From IMG/VR virus record IMGVR_UViG_3300023174_000058, positions 32,001 through 96,000 of that record: a DNA stretch of 64,000 nucleotides; one strand, written 5' to 3'. The DNA comes from a virus. Position numbers and translations under genes: made by a program. Each line of letters starts with the position of its first letter. Position 1 is the first letter of the stretch. Shown here in pieces: positions 43,823 through 53,948 of the stretch. A model generated the notes under the pieces. It was given only the letters and a program-made list of their open reading frames with translations, searched no databases and had not been told where the DNA came from.

Positions 43823-44831
43823 TTGTTCTTTTTTTAACAATAAAATTGATAATTTTAATTCTTTTTCCGTAGAACAAGAAGAGATAGTTCTTAAGAAAAT
43901 GATAAGTAAAGAAAAATTAGAATTTGAAATAAAAAAAGTTGAATATAAGTGTAAATTTATACAACATAAAAAATTTGATATATCTAAACCTTTAGCTATT
44001 ATTCCTATAAAAGATAATGTTAGCTTACTAGAGTTCACAATTAAAAATATTATAAACTATAAAATTTTAGATTCTTTAGATTTTATAGTTGTTGATGATC
44101 GATCCGATGAAGATATCTACTCTTTATGTAAACAAAATTCTATAAATTATCTTAGAGTAGATAATGATAAAGGTTTTAATTTTTCAATGCTAAACAATAT
44201 AGCAGCCAAATTAGCATATGAAAACGGATATGACACAATTGTTCTATGGAATAGCGATTTATGGGCTAATGACGAATCCACCATTCCAGAGCTAGTAAAG
44301 CTACACAAAGAAAACAACTCCACTATTAGCGGGACAAAATTATTATATCCAAATTTTTCTTGGGACGGTAAAGAAGTTTCTCATAACATAGAAACTATTT
44401 TCCCAAATAAAAAAAATAATTATAGAGGAACAATTCAATTCGGTGGTTCTGCATTTATTATTGCTAGTGTTTTTAATACTTATTTTCCAATCCATTCTTT
44501 TCGTTTTAAAGAAAAAGATTATTATAGAGCGAACGTTAACAAAATATGCGAATTCGTGACTGGTGCTTTCCAAATAATAAATTTAAAATGGTTTATAGAA
44601 TTAGGTGGGTTGAACCCAAGCTTATCAAAAAACTTTCAGGATGTAGACATCTGTCTAAAAGCTACAGAAGATAATAAAAAAGTTATGTATTTTGGAAAAG
44701 ATCTATTTTTGCTACATGATGAATCCGTTTTGTTATCTAAAAATAAAACCGACCAGCAATTTATTTCAGACAACGCTCTTTATTCTAGAATTTGGAATAA
44801 TCATCGTTTTTTAAAAATGATTGTAGAATAA
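43800..44831 (+). CDS. glycosyltransferase family 2
   Basis: IVVDDRS, NFSMLNN, WNSD, VTGA, QDVDICL. Confidence 0.85.
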   Translation: MTQQSFYNCSFFNNKIDNFNSFSVEQEEIVLKKMISKEKLEFEIKKVEYKCKFIQHKKFDISKPLAIIPIKDNVSLLEFTIKNIINYKILDSLDFIVVDDRSDEDIYSLCKQNSINYLRVDNDKGFNFSMLNNIAAKLAYENGYDTIVLWNSDLWANDESTIPELVKLHKENNSTISGTKLLYPNFSWDGKEVSHNIETIFPNKKNNYRGTIQFGGSAFIIASVFNTYFPIHSFRFKEKDYYRANVNKICEFVTGAFQIINLKWFIELGGLNPSLSKNFQDVDICLKATEDNKKVMYFGKDLFLLHDESVLLSKNKTDQQFISDNALYSRIWNNHRFLKMIVE

Positions 44832-44832
44832 A

Positions 44833-45366
44833 ATGATTGAACCTATTTTAATAAAAACAAAAAAATTTTTTGATAATCGTGGAATTTTTTATGAAAGTTA
44901 TAAAAAAAGCCATCTAAAAGATGAATATGGCTTGGAAGTTGATTTCCTGCAAGACAATTATTCTATTTCTCATAAAAATGTAATAAGAGGCTTGCACTAT
45001 CAATGGGACAAACCAATGTCCAAACTTATAAAAGTTTCTTATGGTAAAATATTAGATGTAATTGTAGATATAAGAAAAAAATCTAATAATTTTGGCAAAG
45101 TTTATTATTATGAGCTAGATGAAGAAAACAATGATCAGCTCTTCGTACCAGAAGGGTTTGCTCATGGCTTTATTTGTTTAAGTGAAATAGCGCACGTTCA
45201 ATATAAATGCTCCTCCGAATATAATAAAAATGGTGAATCTGGTATTAATCCATTCGATAAAAATTTAAATATTGATTGGAAAATTGATACTATAAAGGCG
45301 ATTATATCTGATAAAGACAAAAATTCTAAATCATTAGAACAATATTTATTAGATCCAAAATTCTGA
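44833..45366 (+). CDS. rmlC: dTDP-4-dehydrorhamnose 3,5-epimerase
   Basis: DNRGIFYE, RGLHYQ, VPEGFAHGF. Confidence 0.92.
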   Translation: MIEPILIKTKKFFDNRGIFYESYKKSHLKDEYGLEVDFLQDNYSISHKNVIRGLHYQWDKPMSKLIKVSYGKILDVIVDIRKKSNNFGKVYYYELDEENNDQLFVPEGFAHGFICLSEIAHVQYKCSSEYNKNGESGINPFDKNLNIDWKIDTIKAIISDKDKNSKSLEQYLLDPKF

Positions 45367-45373
45367 GGAAAAA

Positions 45374-46273
45374 ATGAAAATTTTAGTAACTGGCGGAAGA
45401 GGTTTCATAGGAAGTCATTTTGTTGAAGAGTCTCTTAAAAAGGGTTGGTCTATTATTGACATAGACAAATTAACATACGCTTCAAGTAAAAACCTACCTT
45501 GGGATAATAATAAAAATTATACATTTATTAAAGCAGACATAAGCGAAATTGATCATTTGCCATCGTGTGATGTAATTGTTAATTTCGCGGCAGAAAGTCA
45601 TGTAGATAATTCAATTAAAAGTTCTGAAATATTTGTTAAAAGTAATATTTTGGGAGTTCACAATCTTCTTGAATTAATAAGAGGTAAGCCTTCTTATGAT
45701 CGACCATTGTTTTTTCATATAAGTACAGACGAAGTTTATGGGGATAGAATAGAAGGTAAATTCACTGAAGAAGACAAATTAAAACCAAGTAATCCGTATT
45801 CATCTACAAAAGCTGCTGCTGAAATGTTAGTTATGTCATATCATAGGACTTACGGAATTGATTATCTAATAACGCGTAGTAGCAATAATTATGGAGAAAG
45901 ACAATTCGAAGAAAAACTTATTCCAAAATGTATCCAATGTATTAGTGATGAAAAACAAATACCAATTCATGGCGATGGAAGCTATGTTAGAGATTGGACT
46001 TACGTAAAAGATAATGTCGCAGCTATAATATTGCTAATAGAGAAGAAAATCAAAAATGATATCCTTAATATAGCAGCAGAAAATTATTTAACTAATTTAC
46101 AAGTCGCAAAACAAGTATTAGAGTGGCACGGTAAAGATGAAAGTTCTATTAAATTTGTAGAAAATCGCTGGGGTCAAGACTTGAGATATGCTGTTTCAAG
46201 TGAAAAAATAAGAAAATTAACTGGCTGGTCCCCAAAATATGATCAAGGGTTATACAAGTTTAAAACAAGCTAA
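45374..46273 (+). CDS. rmlB: dTDP-glucose 4,6-dehydratase
   Basis: GGRGFIGS, DKLTYA, AAESHVDNSI, STDEVYG, YSSTKA. Confidence 0.93.
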   Translation: MKILVTGGRGFIGSHFVEESLKKGWSIIDIDKLTYASSKNLPWDNNKNYTFIKADISEIDHLPSCDVIVNFAAESHVDNSIKSSEIFVKSNILGVHNLLELIRGKPSYDRPLFFHISTDEVYGDRIEGKFTEEDKLKPSNPYSSTKAAAEMLVMSYHRTYGIDYLITRSSNNYGERQFEEKLIPKCIQCISDEKQIPIHGDGSYVRDWTYVKDNVAAIILLIEKKIKNDILNIAAENYLTNLQVAKQVLEWHGKDESSIKFVENRWGQDLRYAVSSEKIRKLTGWSPKYDQGLYKFKTS

Positions 46274-46293
46274 TATTTTTAAATTTAATAAAA

Positions 46294-46977
46294 ATGAAAA
46301 TTTTACTAACTGGCGGATCTGGAACTTTAGGTAAAGAATTGATTAAGTTATTGATTAAATCTGAACATACGGTTGAATATCCTTCTTCGTCTGAATTAGA
46401 TATCTCCGATTATAACTCTTGCTTAAGAGCAATTGATAAATACCAACCAGAATTAGTTATTAATTCAGCAGCTTATACTGATGTCAAAGCAAGCGAAAAT
46501 AATCTTAGCAAAATAATTAAAATTAACGTTATTGGAACTTGTAATATTGTTTTGGCTTGTGAAATAAAAAACATAAGACTAGTTCATATCTCCACAGACC
46601 ATGTATTTGATGGCGAAAAAGGCAATTATAAAGTAGATGATCCAATAAATCCAATTACTAAATACGCCAAAAGTAAAGGTTCAGCCGAGTTGTGCGCTCG
46701 TATGTACAATAATGCTTTAATAATAAGAACTTCTTTTTTTACTCACTCATTTCCTTATGAAAAAGCGTTTGTTGATCAGTGGTCTTCTAAAGATTACGTT
46801 GATATTATAGCACCTAAAGTATTAGAAGCGGCTTTGTCTAATAAATTAGGAATCGTGCATTGTGTTAGTAAACGTAGAACTTTATTAGATATAGCAAGAG
46901 ATCGAAAACCAGAGGTTCAAGCAATTAGCAGAAACGATATAAACTTTCCTACTCCAAAGGACACAAGTTTAATATGA
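46294..46977 (+). CDS. rmlD: dTDP-4-dehydrorhamnose reductase-like SDR
   Basis: GGSGTLG, NSAAYTDV, HISTDHVFDG, YAKSK. Confidence 0.85.
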   Translation: MKILLTGGSGTLGKELIKLLIKSEHTVEYPSSSELDISDYNSCLRAIDKYQPELVINSAAYTDVKASENNLSKIIKINVIGTCNIVLACEIKNIRLVHISTDHVFDGEKGNYKVDDPINPITKYAKSKGSAELCARMYNNALIIRTSFFTHSFPYEKAFVDQWSSKDYVDIIAPKVLEAALSNKLGIVHCVSKRRTLLDIARDRKPEVQAISRNDINFPTPKDTSLI

Positions 46978-47750
46978 AATATTATCTTACTATTTTTACT
47001 ATGTTTAAGAACGAAAAAAGGTATCTTAAAGAGTGGATTGATTTTCATTTACTTGTTGGTTTTGAACATATCTACTTGTGCGATGATTGCAGCACCGATA
47101 GTCCGTTTGAGATTCTAAAGCCTTATATAGATAGAAAATTAATAACATATTTTACTTGGAAAGATGAGCCAAAACCATCATTTTCATCAAGAAATTATTT
47201 TGTAGATACATTTAAAAACGAAACTTATTGGACTGCTTTTATAGACATTGATGAATTCTTATTTTGTTCTAACAAAGAAGATAAATTATCAGAAAAATTA
47301 AAAGAATATGAAGAATTTTCTGGATTGGGTATTAACAGTTACAGTTTTGGCAACAGTGGATTAAAAAAGTATGACGAAAGAATGGTTATTGAAAAATTCA
47401 TACATAGAAGCCCAGATGACCACCCAGAGAATACATATATAAAAACAATAAGTAAGCCGATTACTATGGCTGAGTCTAACAATCCTCATTATGCAAACTA
47501 TATTAGTGGATATGCTGTTAATGAAAACAAAGAAAAAATTAATGGATCAAATTGTTTAAACAAAAATAAAATTTTTAGAATTAATCATTATTCAAATAAA
47601 TCAGAGGAAGAATATTATAACTTTAAATTTAAACCAAATGAAGGTAGACTTCCTGTTGCAAAAAAAAATTATGATAAGTACAACAGCGAATGTATAGTTG
47701 AAGATAGATTAATACAAAGATATTTAAAGGATCTAAGTAATGCTAATTAA
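46974..47750 (+). CDS. glycosyltransferase (GT92/GT2-like)
   Basis: KNEKRYLKEWIDFH, DDCSTD, FIDIDEF, INHY. Confidence 0.82.
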   Translation: MKYYLTIFTMFKNEKRYLKEWIDFHLLVGFEHIYLCDDCSTDSPFEILKPYIDRKLITYFTWKDEPKPSFSSRNYFVDTFKNETYWTAFIDIDEFLFCSNKEDKLSEKLKEYEEFSGLGINSYSFGNSGLKKYDERMVIEKFIHRSPDDHPENTYIKTISKPITMAESNNPHYANYISGYAVNENKEKINGSNCLNKNKIFRINHYSNKSEEEYYNFKFKPNEGRLPVAKKNYDKYNSECIVEDRLIQRYLKDLSNAN

Positions 47751-48768
47751 TTATGTAAAAAATAAAAAACCAAATTATGAAAATATACAAAAAATATTAT
47801 CTATTTCACAAGAAAAAAATCATTTTACAAATAATGGACCAGCAAAAATAAAGCTAGAAAAATTTTTGCATTCATTCCTTAAAATTGATACAAATAAAAA
47901 AATTTTATGTGTAGCTAATGGAACATTAGCTTTGCATGCTATAAATTTTTATTTTAAAATTAAATATGGAAAATTTAAGTGGCTAACTCCTGCATATACT
48001 TTTCCTTCAAGCGTTATAGGAGGGATGGAAACAAAAATTTTAGATATTAACTTGAATGATTATTCTTTCGCAAAAGAGGAAGTAGAAAAAGAAAAAGATT
48101 ATGATGGTTTAATAATAACAAACTTGTTCGGAACATACCCAGATATTGATTATTGGGAATCGTTTTGCAAAGAAAATAATAAAATTTTAATTTTAGATAA
48201 TGCAAGTTCTCCACTTAGTTCATATAAAGGAAAAAATATTTCAAATTATGGTAATTTTTCTTTTGGTAGTTTGCATCATACAAAAGTAATAGGATTCGGG
48301 GAAGGCGGATTCATTGTATGTCCAGAAGAAGATTATGAATTACTCAGTTCTATTGTTACATTTGGCTTTAAAGGTAATAGAATTTATAATGAAAATTCAT
48401 CAAATTATAAAATGTCCGATGTACAAGCTGCTTTCATTTTAGATCATTTAATGAATTTTAATTTAGAAAAATATGTAAAAACACAAAAAATTTTTTTAAA
48501 TGAATTAAACATTGATGGTGCCGAAATTTTTAACAAAAAAGAAGGCGTTGTATATGGAAATTTACCAATTATTTTTAAAAAACCAACAGACAATCTTTTA
48601 TTTAAAGATTTAGGCATAGATGCTTATAAGTATTATTTACCATTAAAGCAATTAAAAAATTCTGTTTATTTATATGAAAGAATGGTAAATTTTCCACTAA
48701 ATGAAAATCTAGAAGAAGAAGAGATTGAATTAATAATTAACAACATCAAAAGGCAAGCAAAAAAATGA
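47740..48768 (+). CDS. DegT/DnrJ/EryC1/StrS sugar aminotransferase
   Basis: ANGTLAL, SLHHTK (PLP Lys), GEGG, NYKMSD. Confidence 0.88.
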   Translation: MLINYVKNKKPNYENIQKILSISQEKNHFTNNGPAKIKLEKFLHSFLKIDTNKKILCVANGTLALHAINFYFKIKYGKFKWLTPAYTFPSSVIGGMETKILDINLNDYSFAKEEVEKEKDYDGLIITNLFGTYPDIDYWESFCKENNKILILDNASSPLSSYKGKNISNYGNFSFGSLHHTKVIGFGEGGFIVCPEEDYELLSSIVTFGFKGNRIYNENSSNYKMSDVQAAFILDHLMNFNLEKYVKTQKIFLNELNIDGAEIFNKKEGVVYGNLPIIFKKPTDNLLFKDLGIDAYKYYLPLKQLKNSVYLYERMVNFPLNENLEEEEIELIINNIKRQAKK

Positions 48769-49430
48769 AACTAGCAATTATGCAACCCTATATATTTCCA
48801 TATATAGGGTATTTTCATTTGATAGATAGTGTAGATACGTTTATATTTTACGATGATGTAAATTTTATAAATTCTGGATGGGTCAATAGAAATAAAATAT
48901 TAGTAAACAATAAAGAATTTTTATTTACTATTCCAACAGACTGGTCGCAAAATAAAAAAATAAACGAGGTATTTGTTACGGGAGAATACGCAAAGTGGAA
49001 GAAGAAATTTTTTAGTACTGTTAAACATTCCTATGGAAAAGAAAAATATTATAAGGATGGCGTAACTATTATAGAACAGACCTTTGAACAATCCCAGAGT
49101 CTAAATCAAATATGTAAATCTTCAATTAAAAACGTTTTAGATTATCTAGAAATTGAAAAAAATATTATTGATTCTTCTGCCATATTTAATAATGAAAATT
49201 TAAAATCTGAAATTAGAATAAAAGATATATGTAAAAAAAACAAAACTAGCACGTATATCAATACATCTGGTGGTAAGGCTTTGTATTCTAAAGAAGATTT
49301 TGCTAATGATTATATAGAACTTTATTTTGTAAAGAGCAAAGAAAATTTAAATTTTTTGTCAATAATAGATACAATAATGAAGTACGGAAAAGAAACAAAA
49401 AAATTTATAAAAGAATACGAGTTAGAATGA
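48765..49430 (+). CDS. WbqC-family protein
   Basis: MQPYIFPYIGYF, DDVNF, WVNRN, YINTSGG, LSIID. Confidence 0.88.
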   Translation: MKLAIMQPYIFPYIGYFHLIDSVDTFIFYDDVNFINSGWVNRNKILVNNKEFLFTIPTDWSQNKKINEVFVTGEYAKWKKKFFSTVKHSYGKEKYYKDGVTIIEQTFEQSQSLNQICKSSIKNVLDYLEIEKNIIDSSAIFNNENLKSEIRIKDICKKNKTSTYINTSGGKALYSKEDFANDYIELYFVKSKENLNFLSIIDTIMKYGKETKKFIKEYELE

Positions 49431-50050
49431 TGCATTCACCAGAATCCCTAAAAGATCATTATGAAGAATGCTTTATAAAGCACGGGGACAATTATCTTGG
49501 CGCAGATTGGACTAAAGAAAAGGATCTTTATACAAGATATGATGTTATGCTTTCCATAATAGATAAAAGCATTAGCGAAAAAAAAGTTTTAGATTTTGGT
49601 TGTGGAACAGGAATGCTATACAATTATATTTTATCTAAGGACATAAATTATATAAATTATAGCGGAATTGACATAAATGATATATTAATAGAAAAAGCTA
49701 AAACAAAGTTTAAAAATATAAATTTTAAAACATCAGATATCTTTAAAAACCCAGAGTCGCTAGAGCAATACGATTATATTATCTGTAATGGTGTATTTAC
49801 CGAAAAGATAAATTTAACACATGAACAAATGTTCAATTTTTTTTCAAGTGTTTTAAACGTTCTCTTTAAAAAAACTAATATTGGTATTTCTTTTAATTTA
49901 ATGTCAAAACACGTTGATTACGAAAGAGAAGATCTATTTCATGTGAGCCATGATGAATTGGCAAGTTTTTTAACTAAAAATTTATCAAGAAATTATATTA
50001 TAAGAAATGATTATGGCTTATATGAATATACTACATATTTGTATAAATAA
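49427..50050 (+). CDS. class I SAM-dependent methyltransferase
   Basis: VLDFGCGTG. Confidence 0.88.
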   Translation: MMHSPESLKDHYEECFIKHGDNYLGADWTKEKDLYTRYDVMLSIIDKSISEKKVLDFGCGTGMLYNYILSKDINYINYSGIDINDILIEKAKTKFKNINFKTSDIFKNPESLEQYDYIICNGVFTEKINLTHEQMFNFFSSVLNVLFKKTNIGISFNLMSKHVDYEREDLFHVSHDELASFLTKNLSRNYIIRNDYGLYEYTTYLYK

Positions 50051-50059
50051 TGGATAAAA

Positions 50060-50713
50060 ATGAATAAATTAATTATATTTGGCGATAAAGATTTAGCTGA
50101 GTTGGCTAATTTTTATATAAATAATGAAAAAAAATACGAAATAGAGTGCTTTACGGTACACAAAAGCTTTCTTACAAAAGAAACCTTCTGCGATAAACCG
50201 GTGATACCTTTTGAAGATATAGAAAAAAAATATTCTCCAAATGAGTATAAAATATTTGCACCAATGACAGGTGTAAGGATGAATGGCATTAGAACAAATA
50301 TTTATCAAGAAGCAAAGAATAAAGGGTATAAATTTATTTCTTATATAAGCCCGAAATGTACTAATTTTGCTTCTAAAATTGGAGAAAATTGTTTTATTTT
50401 AGAAGATAATACTCTACAACCATTTGTAGAAATAGGTAACAATGTTGTAATGTGGAGCGGTAATCATATAGGGCATCATAGCGTGATAAGAGACAATGCA
50501 TTCTTTACATCTCATGTTGTATTGTCCGGTCACTGCGACGTTGGAGAAAACTCTTGGTTTGGAGTCAACGCTACTATTAGAGATCAGATAAAAATAGGAA
50601 AATATTCTTTAATAGCTATGGGCAGTTTAGTGACAAAAAACACAGATGAAAATGGTTTCTACATGGGAAGCCCAGCTAAAAAACAAGAAAAAAAATCTAC
50701 AGAGGTTTATTGA
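50060..50713 (+). CDS. hexapeptide-repeat sugar acetyltransferase (NeuD/PglD-like)
   Basis: IGENCFI, IGHHSVI, GSPAK left-handed beta-helix repeats. Confidence 0.88.
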   Translation: MNKLIIFGDKDLAELANFYINNEKKYEIECFTVHKSFLTKETFCDKPVIPFEDIEKKYSPNEYKIFAPMTGVRMNGIRTNIYQEAKNKGYKFISYISPKCTNFASKIGENCFILEDNTLQPFVEIGNNVVMWSGNHIGHHSVIRDNAFFTSHVVLSGHCDVGENSWFGVNATIRDQIKIGKYSLIAMGSLVTKNTDENGFYMGSPAKKQEKKSTEVY

Positions 50714-51612
50714 TGTGGGAAAAGAAGGGCAATATTTTTAGTAAACATTGGGCACAATTACCAGTTGTAGATACCTCTTATGAAAATTTTTGGAGAATAT
50801 TTTATTCTCAAAGAATAGAAAACAAAAGTTATCCTATGTTTGTTGATATAAAAAAAGATAATCCAGTAGAAATTATAAATGAAAGTCAATTACCTATAGT
50901 AACTTTAGGAGAATTAGGAACTTTTGATCAAGCAGGTGTAATGCCTACGGAAATAGTAAGTTTTAATGATAAAAAATATCTTTATTATATTGGTTGGAGC
51001 AATAGAAAAGATGTTCCATATTTTAATACGATAGGGCTGGCAATAAGTGAAGATAACGGTAACACTTTTAAAAAATTTTCTACTGGGCCTGTTTTTGGGT
51101 GCTCTTATAAAGAGCCGGGATATACTGGCACTATAAAAATTTTAATAGAAAAAAATATATGGAAAGCGTGGTATTTATCATGCCGAAAATGGCAAGAAAT
51201 AAATGGTATTGTAGAACCTTTTTATGATATAAAATATGCAGAATCTACAAATGGAATAGATTGGGAACCTCATAATAAAACTTGTATTCATATGGATGAA
51301 GATTTTGCTGGGGTTTCACAAGCGTCTGTTTTAAAAATTGATAATAAATATCATATGTGGTTCTCAGCAAGAAAAAAAACTGATTATAGAACCAATCCTA
51401 ATAATAGCTACAGAATTTATAAAGCTATATCTCAGAACGGAATCGATTGGGAATATGATAAAACTCCTTCTCTGGATGTTTCTGAAACAGGTTGGGATTC
51501 TACTATGGTAGAGTATCCTTATGTAATTTTTGATAAACAAAGTTATTATATGTTTTATAATGGAAATGGGTTTGGCAAAGAAGGAATAGGATACGCAAAA
51601 ATAAAAAAATAA
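50710..51612 (+). CDS. five-bladed beta-propeller glycoside hydrolase-like protein
   Basis: repeated AISEDNG/AESTNGIDW/SQNGIDW blades; YNGNGFG. Confidence 0.75.
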   Translation: MMWEKKGNIFSKHWAQLPVVDTSYENFWRIFYSQRIENKSYPMFVDIKKDNPVEIINESQLPIVTLGELGTFDQAGVMPTEIVSFNDKKYLYYIGWSNRKDVPYFNTIGLAISEDNGNTFKKFSTGPVFGCSYKEPGYTGTIKILIEKNIWKAWYLSCRKWQEINGIVEPFYDIKYAESTNGIDWEPHNKTCIHMDEDFAGVSQASVLKIDNKYHMWFSARKKTDYRTNPNNSYRIYKAISQNGIDWEYDKTPSLDVSETGWDSTMVEYPYVIFDKQSYYMFYNGNGFGKEGIGYAKIKK

Positions 51613-51634
51613 TAATTTTTCTAAGCACAATAAA

Positions 51635-52381
51635 ATGAAAAAACAATTAAAAGAAGATGGTTATATATTATTAAAAAATTTTTTAGATTTATCTACTCTG
51701 AACGATCTTAAAAAAGAAGCGGAATTATTTTTTTTAAAACAATTTCAAAATCATATTTCAAAAAATATAAAAAAATTTGAAGAAAAATATATGTTTGAGT
51801 TGTTTGAAAAAAATTTTGAAACTTTTCAAAACTGCGGCAAACATATACAACATGGATCTATAAAACTACATTCTCTTGGAATTAATAATAAAATTTTAGA
51901 TATTTTAAAAGAATGTGGGCTAGAATATCCTGCAATAGCTACAAGACCAGTTCTTTTTTTTAATCACCAAAGATTAGCAAAAGATCAAGTATATTATAAA
52001 ACTCCACCTCACCAAGACTGGAACAGTATTAGAGGTTCTAATGATTGTATGATAGTTTGGATACCTTTAGTAGATGTAGATACAACTATGGGAGCATTAC
52101 GAATAGTACCAAAATCTCATACAAGTGGAAGTTTAATGTCTAATGTCGTTGGAGGTTTTGGAGCTGTTTCAAAATATTCTAAAGCAGACTTTATTAATGT
52201 TCCAATGAATAAAGGTGATATATTGATATTTTCTTCTTTTTTGGTGCACGAATCAGGGGAAATGAATACTGATAAAATACGTTGGTCTTGTAATTTTAGG
52301 TATAACAATATTAACGACGAAGATTTCATTAAAAGAAATTATGAATTTTCATATATTTATAAACCAAAAATTAAGGAATAA
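51635..52381 (+). CDS. PhyH-family 2OG-Fe(II) dioxygenase
   Basis: PHQDW, WIPLVD, GDILIF..LVHES. Confidence 0.88.
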   Translation: MKKQLKEDGYILLKNFLDLSTLNDLKKEAELFFLKQFQNHISKNIKKFEEKYMFELFEKNFETFQNCGKHIQHGSIKLHSLGINNKILDILKECGLEYPAIATRPVLFFNHQRLAKDQVYYKTPPHQDWNSIRGSNDCMIVWIPLVDVDTTMGALRIVPKSHTSGSLMSNVVGGFGAVSKYSKADFINVPMNKGDILIFSSFLVHESGEMNTDKIRWSCNFRYNNINDEDFIKRNYEFSYIYKPKIKE

Positions 52382-52383
52382 AA

Positions 52384-53109
52384 ATGAAAAAATTTGGGAT
52401 TGTTATTTGTACATATTATAGAAAAGATGGGTCTTCCTTTTTAAAAGTTTCAAGAGCAATAAAATCAATAGAAAATCAAACAAATAAAGAATGGAAAATT
52501 TTTCTTATTGGTGATCACTATGAAAATGAAGAAGAATTTAAAAAAATAACACAATTATTACCAGAAGAAAAAATTACAGCAATAAATTTGCCATTTGCGG
52601 CGGAAAGAGAATCTGGTTTATTTTCTGGTAATAGCTTGTGGTGTTCTGCTGGAGCTAATGCCTCTAATGCCGGAATTGAGCAAAGCGTAAAAGAAGAGTA
52701 TGATATTCATTGTCATCTGGACGATGATGACATTTGGCTACCAAATCATTTAGAGACTCTACAATTAGCTTACGATAATATGCCCGAGGCTGTATTTGTT
52801 TATACAAACGCTTTATACACCGATCGTGGCGGACACACTACAAGATACCCGGTTGAACAAGTTAGCAATGAAATATTTTATAATAATTTAATGCCAAGAC
52901 CAGAAAAGCTTATTCATTCAAGTGCATCTTGGAAGCTAAAAGTGTTCCCTTTTAGACACAGAAATACTATGGAGCAAGGAAGAATATTCCCCGGAGACGC
53001 AGATATGTGGGAGCGAATAAACTTGTTTTGTAGACAAAATAACCTAAAAACAATCTATGTACCAATTACAACAGTTGTAAAATTTGACGAAGCGAGCATT
53101 CTTAAATGA
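52384..53109 (+). CDS. glycosyltransferase family 2
   Basis: ICTY, LDDDDIWLPNHL. Confidence 0.82.
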   Translation: MKKFGIVICTYYRKDGSSFLKVSRAIKSIENQTNKEWKIFLIGDHYENEEEFKKITQLLPEEKITAINLPFAAERESGLFSGNSLWCSAGANASNAGIEQSVKEEYDIHCHLDDDDIWLPNHLETLQLAYDNMPEAVFVYTNALYTDRGGHTTRYPVEQVSNEIFYNNLMPRPEKLIHSSASWKLKVFPFRHRNTMEQGRIFPGDADMWERINLFCRQNNLKTIYVPITTVVKFDEASILK

Positions 53110-53519
53110 AAACGGCATTATTAGCTGGCAATTTTGATATAATTCATCCCGGCTATATTCACACATTTCGTAAAGCAAAAGAATATTGTGATTATTTTGT
53201 AGTTGCTCTACAAACAGATCCAACTATTGAACGTCCAAAAAAAATTAAACCAATACTTTCTTGGGAAGAACGTCAAAACATATTATTATCAATAAAATAC
53301 ATTGATGAAGTTATAAAATATACAACAGAAAATGACTTAATAAATATATTAAAAACTAATCGCTATGATGTTAGAATACTTGGAGATGATTATGTTGGAA
53401 AGTATGCAACTGGTCAAGAATATAGTGATGAAATAGTTTACATAGATCGAGAACACGGTTGGTCAACAACCAAATATAAACATCTTATTTGCAAAAGTTT
53501 ACACGGAGAAAATAAATGA
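53106..53519 (+). CDS. cytidylyltransferase-like (TagD/RfaE-type HxGH family)
   Basis: GNFDIIHPGY, R..GWSTT. Confidence 0.82.
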   Translation: MKTALLAGNFDIIHPGYIHTFRKAKEYCDYFVVALQTDPTIERPKKIKPILSWEERQNILLSIKYIDEVIKYTTENDLINILKTNRYDVRILGDDYVGKYATGQEYSDEIVYIDREHGWSTTKYKHLICKSLHGENK

Positions 53520-53698
53520 AGTTATCACAACAGGCAATGGCGTGCGTAATGATGGCACTACAAAAATCGCTTATGGAACAAAGCGATATCGTACCAGTTC
53601 TTTCCAGTTTTGAACTAGAGTTAGTTGGCGAAGAGTTAATGGTAAAAAATCCTCCAACTCAAATTAACGTTCAGCAATCTAAGTTTATGGTGGAATAA
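53516..53698 (+). CDS. hypothetical protein
   Basis: 60 aa, coupled to neighbours. Confidence 0.6.
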   Translation: MKLSQQAMACVMMALQKSLMEQSDIVPVLSSFELELVGEELMVKNPPTQINVQQSKFMVE

Positions 53699-53699
53699 G

Positions 53700-53948
53700 A
53701 TGCCATTTTACGCATACAAATGCGATACGTGCAAAAAAACATTTAAATCCTTTCATACTGCTGATGAATGTGAAACGAAATGTGTTATTTGTTCATCAGA
53801 CAAGATAAACAAACTTGTTGGCACATTACGAACAGTTGTAGAGCAAAATAACAATAGCTCTGCTAAAGAGCGCGTTGAAAAATTTATTGAAGATAGCCGA
53901 CAAACATTAAAAGAACAAATGCAAGAAGCAAGGAAAGAATACAAATGA
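53700..53948 (+). CDS. FmdB-like zinc-ribbon protein
   Basis: MPFYAYKCDTC...CVICSS. Confidence 0.8.
   Translation: MPFYAYKCDTCKKTFKSFHTADECETKCVICSSDKINKLVGTLRTVVEQNNNSSAKERVEKFIEDSRQTLKEQMQEARKEYK

Noticed and set aside
40400-53519. Bacterial chromosomal O-antigen locus
   Set aside because: Lacks flippase, polymerase and ABC exporter, and is embedded among phage-type genes with continuous gene coupling.
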